Positions 49,691 to 59,645 of a stretch of 64,000 bases of DNA are shown one piece after another; positions within the stretch are counted from its first letter, which is position 1; each line of letters begins with the position of its first letter. Source of the stretch: Candidatus Latescibacterota bacterium (GTDB taxonomy: Bacteria > Latescibacterota > UBA2968 > GCA-2709665); NCBI GenBank assembly GCA_965203805.1, contig OZ241917.1, positions 1,536,001-1,600,000 of the forward strand. The letters run 5' to 3'. Below the pieces are notes generated by a model. It made no database searches. It was not told the origin of the DNA and worked only from the letters and a program-made list of their open reading frames with translations. Made by a program: the position numbers and the translations under genes.

Positions 49691-50668
49691 TCAGGCTATG
49701 CCTTCGATTGCAGCCTCACCCATACGAATCGCCGTATCCGGAAGCGCGAGAATCCGGTCTTCCAGGGCCCAGATCCTCCGATTAGATGACTTCGGCCCCC
49801 ACTTCCGGTGGAGCTGGCAGAGGCGCCTGGCATAATAGGCGGCAAATATGAACGGGAGTGCGGTACGTTCATCATCTGAAGGAGGTCGGACTGAGAAGTA
49901 TCCCTCCACGAACCGCTGCGTCTCCTCATCGGTCAGCTGTCGACCCACGGTCCCCATCAGCCATTGCATCCGGACCATCACGACGTCTTCGAGCGCCGGA
50001 GCAAAGTGTGCCGAATTGAAGTCGGTGAACCGGACTTCACCCGTTGGGGAAGCAATCGTGTTCCAGCTTCGCACGTCTCCTCTACAGAAGAGCCACCGGA
50101 CGTCCATCGTTCTCGGCGTGTCATTCAACTGTGCTCGAAGCCGAGTGACGGCATCCGCCATGATCGAGGAAAACGTCGCCCTCTCGCAATACTCGAGAGC
50201 CTCGGAAATGTACGTCCGCGCATCTTTGATTTCTGATCTACAGGCAGAAAAGTCTTCGCTCGCATCGTGAACCCGTGCGAGCGCCTCCCCCACGTCGCGG
50301 AGCGTGTCGACGCGGTCGACGACCTCTCCTTCCAGGAAGCGCTCGACCGAAATCACCAGGTCTCGAACGGACTTGCAGGCGCGTCCATCCGTGGTTGGCC
50401 GAATGTCGGGGCACGGCGCGCCGCGACCGGCAAGATGGCGAACGAACGCCACGATGGTTTTGGGATGGGTCGCGCAGTCCCACCCCGGATTTACACGGAA
50501 CACAACGCGTCCGTCCCGCAAGCTGTCGCAAAAGAAGACACACCGCGAATTCGCCCTGCGGACGCTGGTTACTTCCAGGTCCCAGAATCGCTTGCAGAGA
50601 TCCGTGATTTCCCCCTGATCGGGCAGCGGGCCCGTTTCATCTCTGGATCTGGGATAGCGTGTTTCCAT
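49691..50668 (-). CDS. Phosphotransferase (APH/homoserine kinase type II fold)
   Basis: ALARVH, RGDVRSWN, FTDF. Confidence 0.8.
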   Translation of the reverse strand: METRYPRSRDETGPLPDQGEITDLCKRFWDLEVTSVRRANSRCVFFCDSLRDGRVVFRVNPGWDCATHPKTIVAFVRHLAGRGAPCPDIRPTTDGRACKSVRDLVISVERFLEGEVVDRVDTLRDVGEALARVHDASEDFSACRSEIKDARTYISEALEYCERATFSSIMADAVTRLRAQLNDTPRTMDVRWLFCRGDVRSWNTIASPTGEVRFTDFNSAHFAPALEDVVMVRMQWLMGTVGRQLTDEETQRFVEGYFSVRPPSDDERTALPFIFAAYYARRLCQLHRKWGPKSSNRRIWALEDRILALPDTAIRMGEAAIEGIA

Positions 50669-51330
50669 TGGCTTTCCGGCTCGGGAAAAGTTCTCCGTAC
50701 TTACGCACCCGAGCAGCGGGTTAACCGTAACCCCGCACGGGCCGTGGCCGAGGGCGCTCGTGTCAGGCGTCTGGCTCGGCAAGGGCAGGGTGGTGGCGCT
50801 AGAAACGCTCCTTGTCAAGTCGGTCAACAGTCTCGGCAAGGAAATGAAACCCGACCTCTCGAGGATAACTTCCAAGCCAGTCTCCCGTCACAAATTCAAA
50901 CGCCCAATCGTCTGTGTTCAGCACACCCATGCACCCCTCGTGGACTACCGGCTTCTGTGATCGCCGCGCATCGCTGACGACACTTGCGACCTGCACGCAC
51001 ATTGTGTCATACACCCGCCGTGGTGCGACGGGGTGGTGGAAATGGCCAAACACATGAAATGCAGGTTTTCGTTTCTTCAGGAAGCTCAGCATCGCATCAG
51101 GACCCGGCGCCAAGCCTTCGGATTCGGCGCCGACTCCGAATCCTCCTTCGTGGGAGACCAGGACATCGACAGCATCCTCTGAACGAGAATCGAGCCCGCT
51201 GGGATCCCCCGCTTCACAGAATCCAACCCGTACGTCCCGATCGTGATGGACGAATCCGTCGGGTACGTACTCGAAGATACCGTGCGGATCGATAGGCTGT
51301 GGATGTCCAAGTCCTTTTTCATCTAATGTT

Positions 51331-53153
51331 GAGTCCCCTCCGAGAAGGGGGTTCAGGAAGATTTCGTGTGTAGGTGTCAGTGTTGTGTATTGAGAGGTCG
51401 CGTTGCGTGGTGAAAGTGCATCGGGTTGCGGCCCATCAACACAGAGGCGGTTTACGAGGTTGCTCGCGTGGTTTTGGGGCAAGGATATGCATAAAAAAGT
51501 CGCATCTTATGCGGGGAGCATCGTGGGTGAGGTGAGGTAATTCTGGATCCGAACGAGATTGACCCATAAGCCACGACAGTGCGCCCACAGCTGATGTGGC
51601 ATCAATCCACGATAGCGAGTTTTGCCGTTTCGGGTGTAATAGCTCAACTGGAAGAGGCTGGCTTCGACGTTATTGCGTCGGTTTCTGATGTGTTCAGGCA
51701 GGGCTTCACTCTGTTTGCGTTTGATGTAGTTGTCGATGGCCTGTTCTTTAAAGTATCGGGGTTTGCCATCCATGATGAGTTTGTATTTCCCCGGTTTGTA
51801 TTCTTGGGCAAGCTGCACGGCTTGGGTATTTCGATCCATGACTTCGACGCCTTCTCTTGTTCGTCGATAAATGAAACGCCCTGGGGTTCCTTGCAGGCCA
51901 CTGTAATAGAATTGCTTGTCGTGTTCGTTTGCGTACTCGGCGTTGGATTGATCATTATAGGCCCCATCCATCGACACGTCTCGAACCTGCCCTACCACGT
52001 GCTGTGTGCGCCCTACGGCCGCTTGCACAAACGCGTTGTCGGGCGCTGTCGCGGATTTGACGTCAATGTCCGTGATCAAATTGAGGCCCTCCTCACCGCA
52101 GGTCTCGGTGAGGTTCACACTGTATCCTTTCACCTTCGCTTCCCCTTTCTTACGAAAGGCCGCATCTTCGTCATCGGGGGACTGCAAGGAGGATGCGGAG
52201 ATCTCATCAGGCGGCTTGGGAAGCACCTGTTTGGAGGAGGATAAAACCGAATACTGGTCTCCAAAAACACGCGCCATCACACCATAGTGATCGCTGTCTT
52301 TCTCGGTATAGATCGCTTGAAGCCTGCTCAATAACACACCGTATTCCTGTAGCTTCTCACCTTTTTCAGCACGGGTGAGACGGTAGACAACCTGATGGGG
52401 CTTCACCTTGAGCATTCCGTCCAGAACCTGCCGGTGTTTTCCTGATAATCGCCGCTTCCGGGCCTCGTCCAACGATCCCCAGAACCGTTGTAAACAACCC
52501 ACCACCAACTGCAACCGACAACATAGCGCAATGTTCGAGCCGATTAACTTACTGTCCATTCGGATTTGCTGACCCAGCACACCAAAGGCGTCGGCCTGCG
52601 TCTTCGTTAAGCTGCTAAAGGTCTCGCCAACCAGATCCCGACCGGTTTTCAGTTGATACGCATACAAGGACTGTTTGAACAGATAATACGTCGACTCCAC
52701 AGGCGCCTCATCAGACAGATTCATCAACCCCAATGCCCGCATCGCCAGGATATTGAACCGACATTGCTCGAACAGTTGTGCATCGCTCCACCCGAAGCCC
52801 TCCTTCAAGACCATCATCGCCGCCAACTGACGAATCGGGGCATTGGGACGGCCTATGTCGGGATCAAACAACACGGAAAACACATCCTCGTCGATCTCTG
52901 ACGTGATGTGCTGGTAAAACAGATTATGCCACGACTTCGGATCATTCAACTGCGCCTGCTTCCGCTGTGTGAAATGCGACTCGAAATTCGAAAACAGATC
53001 CGGTTGACTGCACGACGCACTCGGCTTATACATCTGTCCTCTCCCACGCTCTCTACAATTGTAATTCTCAATACTTCATCCTTGCTGACTTTTCACACTT
53101 CGAATTTAGTACTTTCACCAGCATAAGTAAATGCGACTTTTCGGAGTGGACTC
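51331..53153 (-). mobile_element. IS5/IS1182-like insertion sequence, complete
   Basis: IRs GAGTCCCCTCCGAGAAG / GAGTCCACTCCGAAAAG; 6-bp TSD AATGTT at 51325-51330 and 53154-53159. Confidence 0.9.
51507..53033 (-). CDS. DDE transposase (DUF772-like N-terminus)
   Basis: GRPNAP..WSDAQL, RMDS, LQSPDDEDA, DGAY, RNNVEA..TRYRG. Confidence 0.92.
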   Translation of the reverse strand: MYKPSASCSQPDLFSNFESHFTQRKQAQLNDPKSWHNLFYQHITSEIDEDVFSVLFDPDIGRPNAPIRQLAAMMVLKEGFGWSDAQLFEQCRFNILAMRALGLMNLSDEAPVESTYYLFKQSLYAYQLKTGRDLVGETFSSLTKTQADAFGVLGQQIRMDSKLIGSNIALCCRLQLVVGCLQRFWGSLDEARKRRLSGKHRQVLDGMLKVKPHQVVYRLTRAEKGEKLQEYGVLLSRLQAIYTEKDSDHYGVMARVFGDQYSVLSSSKQVLPKPPDEISASSLQSPDDEDAAFRKKGEAKVKGYSVNLTETCGEEGLNLITDIDVKSATAPDNAFVQAAVGRTQHVVGQVRDVSMDGAYNDQSNAEYANEHDKQFYYSGLQGTPGRFIYRRTREGVEVMDRNTQAVQLAQEYKPGKYKLIMDGKPRYFKEQAIDNYIKRKQSEALPEHIRNRRNNVEASLFQLSYYTRNGKTRYRGLMPHQLWAHCRGLWVNLVRIQNYLTSPTMLPA

Positions 53154-53566
53154 AATGTTTGGAGCGCTGCGAATTCGTCGTGGTTCCCAGCCGTAACCAG
53201 AATGGGCCGAGTCAGATGCTCACGGACCCTGTCTGGTAGAGTCGCATCAACATCATCCAGGAGGATCAGCTTAGCCAGGTCATAGACGGCAGGATCCCAC
53301 GCTTCGAACCTGTCAAATGGCACGTCTCCGGTCCTGGGGTCCGGAAAAACTCCCAGGTCACCTACTTGCACCACAAGATCGAACGGTTTTCCCCTTTCGG
53401 ATTGCCAGACCAGCAGGACTGAAAGGGCGTGACAAGCTCGTCCGTGTACATCACCAATGAATGCAATCTGCATGGGGTTCTCGTTCCAGCAAGTTTGCGC
53501 CCGACGTTCCTGCTGGCTGTGAACCTGCCGAAGCGCAGCGTAGAAAGGTTGGCAAAAAGGTTGCCT

Positions 53567-54565
53567 CTAGCCTTCTGCGCCACGCCCGTAGACCGTGCGA
53601 ATCACGTCCTCGATGTCGGGCTCCTGGACGGACACGTCGCGCACCCTGTAGTGGGCCGAAAGCTCCGCGATGAGTGCCGACGCAGACACCTGGCTCCTCG
53701 AAAAGCGGATGCGGACGACGTTGTTCCGACGTTCGAGAATCTCTGCGTGGGGATGCGAGAAGCCACTCAGCGGCTCTCCGGCGCCGGGATCGCACTCGAC
53801 GATAAGGTAACGGTGCGGGGTGATCGAGTCGACGAGCGCCGCCAGTGGTCCGTCTTCGATGATGCGTCCCTGGTTGATGATGATGAGTCGCTCGCAGAGC
53901 TCCTCCACGTCGTCCAGGTCGTGCGTGGTGAGCAGCACGGTGGTGCGCCGGCGCCGGTTGATGTCGCGGATGAATGCCCGGATCGCGGCCTTCACCTCGA
54001 TGTCCATGCCTATCGTGGGCTCGTCGAGAAACAGGATATCCGGCGCGTGCAGCATGGAACCGGCCAACTCCCCGCGCATGCGTTGCCCCAGGGACAACTG
54101 CCGCACCGGTGTGTCGAGGAGGTCCCCGATGCCGAGGACCTCGCAGAGTTCTGCCAGGCTACGCTCGAAGTCGTCGTCGGCAATGCGGTAGATCCGCTTG
54201 AAAAGTTCGTAGGATTCGCCCAGGCGAAGGTCCCAGTTCAGTTGGCTACGCTGACCGAACACGGCGCCGATTCGCTGTACGACCGCCCGCCGTTGCCTCT
54301 GGGGCGACAGGCCGACGACGGAGACGCGCCCGGACGTGGGATACAGGATGCCGGAGAGCATCTTGATCGTCGTTGACTTCCCCGCGCCGTTGGGACCGAT
54401 GAATCCGACCAGCTCGCCCGGCTGAATCGCAAAGCTCACGTCGCGCACCGCGTGCACCTCACGCCGGTCGGGCCGAAACAAGCCCTTCACCGCACCGGCC
54501 AGCCCCTTTTCCTTCCCGGTCACGCGGAAGGTCTTACAAACCCTCTCTAACTCTATATGTGACAT
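53567..54565 (-). CDS. ABC-2 exporter ATP-binding protein
   Basis: GPNGAGKST, LSLGQRMR, LFLDEPTIG. Confidence 0.95.
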   Translation of the reverse strand: MSHIELERVCKTFRVTGKEKGLAGAVKGLFRPDRREVHAVRDVSFAIQPGELVGFIGPNGAGKSTTIKMLSGILYPTSGRVSVVGLSPQRQRRAVVQRIGAVFGQRSQLNWDLRLGESYELFKRIYRIADDDFERSLAELCEVLGIGDLLDTPVRQLSLGQRMRGELAGSMLHAPDILFLDEPTIGMDIEVKAAIRAFIRDINRRRRTTVLLTTHDLDDVEELCERLIIINQGRIIEDGPLAALVDSITPHRYLIVECDPGAGEPLSGFSHPHAEILERRNNVVRIRFSRSQVSASALIAELSAHYRVRDVSVQEPDIEDVIRTVYGRGAEG

Positions 54566-54568
54566 GGT

Positions 54569-55384
54569 CTACGACCCCGCGCTTTCGTAGCGGCGAAGGC
54601 CGGCGGCAAAGACGGCCAGCGCCAGGGCGAACATGGCGACACCCACTGCGGGGGTCCACAGTGCCACGTCGAGGGGCAGAGACGTGTTCGCACTCTGGCC
54701 GAGGAAGTCGCATGCGGGGTAGAACCCGATGAAGCCGAGGGGCAGTACGAAGGTCAATAGCGCCTGCAGGGGCCACGGGTACACGGTCAGTGGGTAGAAG
54801 GTGCCGCGCGCCATCAGTTCCATGCTGGCGTCCACGAGTGGCTGGCTTCGCATGGTCCAGAACGCGATGGAGCTGATGAGGGTGAGGTAGGACCAGTAGA
54901 TCAGGGTCCCGCCAGCAATGACGAGGAGCACCTCGGCGACGTGCAGCGGTGTCCAGACAAACCCGGACAACCGGGCCCCGTAGAGGAAGTATCCCGCGCC
55001 GATGCCCAGATGCACGAGGCCGACCACGTTGATGCGGTGGCAGGAAAAGTGGAATGTGATCTCCAGAGGTCTGAGAAGCATCAGGTCGAACTCGCCGCGC
55101 GTGACAAAGCGATCGATCTGCCGCGACTGAAATGACAGGATGGACATGACGCCACGGCTCATCAGGCTCAGCCCATACAGAAAAGCGAGCTGCGGGAAGG
55201 TCCATCCCGAAAGCGGCTGGAACCGGTCGACCAACACCTTGAGGGCAACGCCAATCCAGATGTAGTTGAAGCCCAGTCCAAGGCAGATGCTCAGCAGCGA
55301 GAACGGATACTCCAACGCCCGCTGAATCGACAAACGGCCATACAAGGCTCCAACGGACAAGTGATGACGCACGTTTGCGATCAT
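54569..55384 (-). CDS. ABC-2 family permease (DUF990-like)
   Basis: GEFDLMLLRP, YPLTVYP; multiple TM segments. Confidence 0.9.
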   Translation of the reverse strand: MIANVRHHLSVGALYGRLSIQRALEYPFSLLSICLGLGFNYIWIGVALKVLVDRFQPLSGWTFPQLAFLYGLSLMSRGVMSILSFQSRQIDRFVTRGEFDLMLLRPLEITFHFSCHRINVVGLVHLGIGAGYFLYGARLSGFVWTPLHVAEVLLVIAGGTLIYWSYLTLISSIAFWTMRSQPLVDASMELMARGTFYPLTVYPWPLQALLTFVLPLGFIGFYPACDFLGQSANTSLPLDVALWTPAVGVAMFALALAVFAAGLRRYESAGS

Positions 55385-55392
55385 GGGCCTAC

Positions 55393-56184
55393 CTATCCTC
55401 CCTGCACGAAGACCCGCCGCTGGGCGCGCGTCCAGACGAGACCCGCGAGCAGGGCGAAGACCACGACCCAGAGCGCCTGCACGGAGAGGATGTGGACGAC
55501 CTCTGCGGAAGAAACGCGACCAATGTAGATCTCCAACGGCGCCTGGAACATGTACTGGAAGGGCATCCACCGCGACGCATCGGCGATGAAGTCGGGGAAA
55601 AGCCACATGGGCACCAATCGTCCCGACAGGGCGAAGACGAGGCTGGTCTTTACTGCACTCACGTCCCCAAAGTCGGTGACCCAAAAGGCCGTCATGCCAA
55701 CGAGGACGCTAAGCAGCCACAACAGCAGGAAGCTAAGCGCGCAGCTCGGCAGAAACAACAACCACGCTCCCATCCCCGCCGGCAGCGGGGGAGCCACAAA
55801 GAGGAGCGAGATGGCCAGCAGGGGCAGGGCGAACTGCGTGACTGCCGCCAGCGAACGCCCCACGTCTTCGGTCAACCAGTACCAGATCAGATTTACGGGC
55901 CGGATCAGATCGAGCGCGATCTCACCTGCGCGTATCTTGCTGAAGAGCACGTTGTCGATGCTGACAATGAAGCATGCATTCATCAACACGGCGACGACGG
56001 CATAGGTGACCATCTGCGCCTCGGTGACCCCGGCGACCTGGTCGATACCGCGAAACGCGGTGCGCCAGAGGAAGACGGAGCCGAGGAGGAAGAACAGGTT
56101 CCGTCCAATGGAGGACAGATACTCGAAGCGGTAGGCCAGCGCGTTGAGCAGCTGGAGCTTCAGCAAGTAGGGGTAAAGGTTCAT
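55393..56184 (-). CDS. ABC-2 family permease
   Basis: GEIALDLIRPVN, SGRLVPMWLFP, VQGG end. Confidence 0.9.
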   Translation of the reverse strand: MNLYPYLLKLQLLNALAYRFEYLSSIGRNLFFLLGSVFLWRTAFRGIDQVAGVTEAQMVTYAVVAVLMNACFIVSIDNVLFSKIRAGEIALDLIRPVNLIWYWLTEDVGRSLAAVTQFALPLLAISLLFVAPPLPAGMGAWLLFLPSCALSFLLLWLLSVLVGMTAFWVTDFGDVSAVKTSLVFALSGRLVPMWLFPDFIADASRWMPFQYMFQAPLEIYIGRVSSAEVVHILSVQALWVVVFALLAGLVWTRAQRRVFVQGG

Positions 56185-56290
56185 GGACGGTTAATTTTCT
56201 GTCCCGGAAACCGGTTGCGTGAATTCAGCTGAGCATTATCCGGTAAGTGCGGAACGACAAACGTGCCCCCGTCGTCTCCCGGGCAGCCAC

Positions 56291-56899
56291 TCACAGGATC
56301 TCCCTGCCGAAGTCGGCGTAGGTCCCCGCGGCCGAAAGCCTGATCGGGGCGTTGATTCCGTCCAGTTCGGTTGCCACGGAATCCAGCGCTGCGAAATCGG
56401 GGATGGTCCACACGGCCAGGCCGCCCGGTTCGGGAGCCAGCATCCCGATTCTCTGGACAAGGAGATTGAGGGTGAACTCAGGATGCTGCTTTGCGCGGCT
56501 CTCGTAGAAGCCTCTGACGGAATTCCCGGTGTCGCGGGCAGCGAAAAATTCCGCGTAGTAGGTGCCGTTGCGGGCTGGAACCGGTTCGAGCAATGGAGTG
56601 TAGCACCCGGCCACGTCGATCCGCGCGACCTGAAAGAACGCCTGTTCCAGGTCGTCCGCCTCGCCGCTGCGAAAGATCCGGTCCCACGCGTCGATCCTGT
56701 CGAGGCCTGCGTTCCGCGTGTGCCAGACCGTCATGTATCCCGGTTCGGGCCCCAATCGCCACGTGCGGCCGACAGACAGGACCAACTCGTCCTCATACCC
56801 GCTGTCCCATCCCTCCTGGCCCTGTGCGGCCTGAGCGCGAAACGTCTCCGGATCGACGCCCGGCAGACGGCTGATGTACTCGATGTAAACAAGCCCCAT
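56291..56899 (-). CDS. Hypothetical protein
   Basis: 202-aa ORF, GC-rich codon usage, AAGGA upstream, collinear with neighbours. Confidence 0.75.
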   Translation of the reverse strand: MGLVYIEYISRLPGVDPETFRAQAAQGQEGWDSGYEDELVLSVGRTWRLGPEPGYMTVWHTRNAGLDRIDAWDRIFRSGEADDLEQAFFQVARIDVAGCYTPLLEPVPARNGTYYAEFFAARDTGNSVRGFYESRAKQHPEFTLNLLVQRIGMLAPEPGGLAVWTIPDFAALDSVATELDGINAPIRLSAAGTYADFGREIL

Positions 56900-56920
56900 T
56901 TCGTTTCTTGTCCTTCTGTC

Positions 56921-57982
56921 TCACGGACCAGCCACAGCGACCTCTTTCCCGGTCGCCGCCGAGGCATAGAGCGCATCCATGAGCCGCTGAATTCGCACGA
57001 TCTCCCCACCCGAAACGGGAGAAGCATCACCCTGACGGACGGCACGCAGGAATTCGACGATCAGCGACCTCATATCGTAGTCGCCGGGCTTCAACGCGAG
57101 GGTCTCCTCACGCCACGAACGTCCGTCGTCGGTCCAGATTCGAAGTGGTGAAATAGACGCTGCACCGCGGTCTCCGAGAAAAGTCCAGCCTTCGTGACTA
57201 TCGGAGGGCGCCTGAAGAAAATTCGCTTCCACGGTCAGGATGGTATTGCCGGACAGCCGAATGAAGCCGCCGCCGTAGTCCTCGAAATCCGGATCGAGCG
57301 ACGCAGAATCGATGTCGCCTCGCACGGAACCTGCAGCCATCGGGTAACTGGAGACCCGCTGATGGCAGAATGCGCTGGCTGTCAGCGGCTCGGGGTTGCC
57401 GAGCAGCCACAGCACGAGGTCGAGGTTGTGAATCGTCCAGTGTGCGAGAGCGCCGCCGCCGCACGACCCGCGCGAGCGGTGCGCCATCGCCGGCAGTCCG
57501 CGGGCACACCCTCCCCACGTTCGAACGGCGTGTACGTGACCGAGTACGCCGTCTGCGATCCGGTCTCTCAGGTACCGGGACTCGTCCCAGGTCCGGTACT
57601 GGAAGCAGATGCTCAGCAGTCGATCGTTTGATTCGGCGGCATGAACCATGTCCCGTGCCTCGTCCGCAGTCATCGCAACGGGCTTTTCGCACAGGACGTG
57701 ACACCCCGCCTCAAGGCACATCACCGCGAGAGATCGATGGCTAGAGGGCAGCGTGGCGATGCTCACGACGTCGGGCCTGGTCCTTTCGAGCATCTCTTCC
57801 GCATCCAGAAATCCGGCGACTTCAAACTGCTTTTCGGCCCCCGCCACCCGCTGGGGCTCCAGATCGCACACGCCCACGAGCGAACAGACTCCGGCATCTT
57901 CCGCCTCCTTGTAGGCCGGGAGATGTTGCGCGGTTGCGATCTGGCCGCACCCGATCACCGCGACTTGAGTGTCCTGTCTCAT
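56921..57982 (-). CDS. Gfo/Idh/MocA oxidoreductase
   Basis: IGCGQIA, HVLCEKP, GGGAL..IHNLD. Confidence 0.92.
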   Translation of the reverse strand: MRQDTQVAVIGCGQIATAQHLPAYKEAEDAGVCSLVGVCDLEPQRVAGAEKQFEVAGFLDAEEMLERTRPDVVSIATLPSSHRSLAVMCLEAGCHVLCEKPVAMTADEARDMVHAAESNDRLLSICFQYRTWDESRYLRDRIADGVLGHVHAVRTWGGCARGLPAMAHRSRGSCGGGALAHWTIHNLDLVLWLLGNPEPLTASAFCHQRVSSYPMAAGSVRGDIDSASLDPDFEDYGGGFIRLSGNTILTVEANFLQAPSDSHEGWTFLGDRGAASISPLRIWTDDGRSWREETLALKPGDYDMRSLIVEFLRAVRQGDASPVSGGEIVRIQRLMDALYASAATGKEVAVAGP

Positions 57983-58196
57983 AAGACCCTGGATACCTGG
58001 CCGTCAAGTCTCCACACCGGAGACACTGCCCATCGTCAACCCTTCGACTATCGCCCCGGGAAGGTTGAAGCCCGTGTGCGTTTGGCATGGCGCAAAGCGT
58101 TTTCCGGTCGATGAACCCCGAAGGGCTGCCCGCCAGGGCTCAGCGATCCATGCCGCGCGGGATTAAGCGGTTGTTTGGGGTTGTGCGGGAGTCCGG

Positions 58197-58775
58197 TCAA
58201 ATCTCCCAACCTGACTCATATGTACGGCCTTTGAGGCGTTCGGCAAGTTCGACAAATACTGTCAACGACTTCTCTAATCTTGAAGTTGACGACTGATCCA
58301 GTTCAGTGTCCGACACCCAGTTTGCTTCGTGCACGTATACATTGTACGGACTCACGATGCATTTGAAGTCGAGAATCATCGAGATGGCCAGCGACGTAAA
58401 CGCCGTATAGCTGTGCGGCACACCACCCGAATTGACAAACATCACTACCTTGTCATAGAAAGCGCCTCTAAGCGATCCGCCGGGTGGCGTAGAGCCTGTA
58501 TACTCGACGAATTTCTTGAGCTCGGAGCAACACGCCCAGTTGTAGACCGGACTGGCCAATATTACCGCATCAGATGCCGCAACGATCCTGTGGCACGACT
58601 GGTACACCTCGGACGAATAGATCTCGTCGTCGTCGAAATTCGGCGGATCCAGTTGTCGAAGATCGATGAAATCAACCCGGATGCCCGTGTCCTCCAGCGC
58701 GGTCCGACACATAATGGCCAGCACCCTGCTTCGACTAACGGCATTGAGACTGCTGCTGACGACCGAAATCCTCAT
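58197..58775 (-). CDS. NADPH-dependent FMN reductase
   Basis: SSSL...SRS, SPVYNW..ELKKFVE. Confidence 0.88.
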   Translation of the reverse strand: MRISVVSSSLNAVSRSRVLAIMCRTALEDTGIRVDFIDLRQLDPPNFDDDEIYSSEVYQSCHRIVAASDAVILASPVYNWACCSELKKFVEYTGSTPPGGSLRGAFYDKVVMFVNSGGVPHSYTAFTSLAISMILDFKCIVSPYNVYVHEANWVSDTELDQSSTSRLEKSLTVFVELAERLKGRTYESGWEI

Positions 58776-58917
58776 CTGAACCTTTCCTCAGAGTCGGAAC
58801 GCATCTGGCGCCCGGCTTCCCACCGGAATCCGAACGCCGAGACCTGACGAGGGGCAGCCGCGGGATATGGCGACACTGACGCGACGGCGCGATCCCGACC
58901 GTAACAGGAGGATTGCA

Positions 58918-59358
58918 CTACTTGGCCGCCTCCATTGACGCTACCAGCAAGTCAATTTTGTCGTCGTAGTTGGCAACGAGATCAGGAAGTGAACTGACGT
59001 CGGCCCAAAAAAAATCGAATGGATGGATGACGGTTCCGTCCTCCGCATGTTCTCCGTGGCGCCATGTTTCATCCGTCGGCCCTTCCACCGACAGATGAAA
59101 GAACCAGCGAACCTGAAGTTCATTGCTCCCGCAGTCCCGCATGTCCCGGGTATCCCGGCCCAGGAAACGCACATATCCGATCCCGGCCAAACCCGTCTCC
59201 TCCCTTGCCTCGCGCATCGCAGCATCCCGAGGACTCTCTCCGGGCTCAATCGTTCCCGCAGGCACCTGAATACCCGCATCGGGCGCCCCGGGTTGCGTAA
59301 AGAGGAGCAGCCGGCTGCCGCTGGTGATATAGGCGTAGGCTCTGTCGCGGGTTTTCAT
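58918..59358 (-). CDS. NUDIX hydrolase
   Basis: PAGTIEPGESPRDAAMREAREETGL. Confidence 0.92.
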   Translation of the reverse strand: MKTRDRAYAYITSGSRLLLFTQPGAPDAGIQVPAGTIEPGESPRDAAMREAREETGLAGIGYVRFLGRDTRDMRDCGSNELQVRWFFHLSVEGPTDETWRHGEHAEDGTVIHPFDFFWADVSSLPDLVANYDDKIDLLVASMEAAK

Positions 59359-59645
59359 TGCAATCTGGAAACTGATGGGAGTTCGATGTATTTTTCACCT
59401 GTCCTGCGATATTTCAATGCCTTCCTTCTTCCGACTGCTTTATCTCTCATCGATTCCGGCTTCCTTCTCAGTGTGGCGCAATCTGGCTTCAAGTTCTGCA
59501 AGGAACCCGTATTCATAAAGACGCGCTGAGAATCCGCCACAGTCACTCAAACTGGAGTTACCGCTGAGGTAATACGTATGGACTACCTTGGCTGAATTCC
59601 TCTGTCTTTCAGTTTAATTTCAGACGGAGACGTCAAAGCCGTCGC

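Larger units (their letters stand above)
50799..53473 (-). pseudogene. Metallophosphoesterase interrupted by an IS
   Basis: GDVHG, GDLG, GNHD at 53154-53473; SHE, GHFH at 50799-51330; rejoins in frame (ALQTLDEKG) when the IS and one TSD are removed. Confidence 0.9.

Noticed and set aside
5639-57151. Long plus-strand ORFs (e.g. 5639-6538, 20212-21111, 43259-44632, 53429-54376, 56219-57151)
   Set aside because: They are antisense shadows of clear minus-strand genes in GC-rich DNA and show no motifs.
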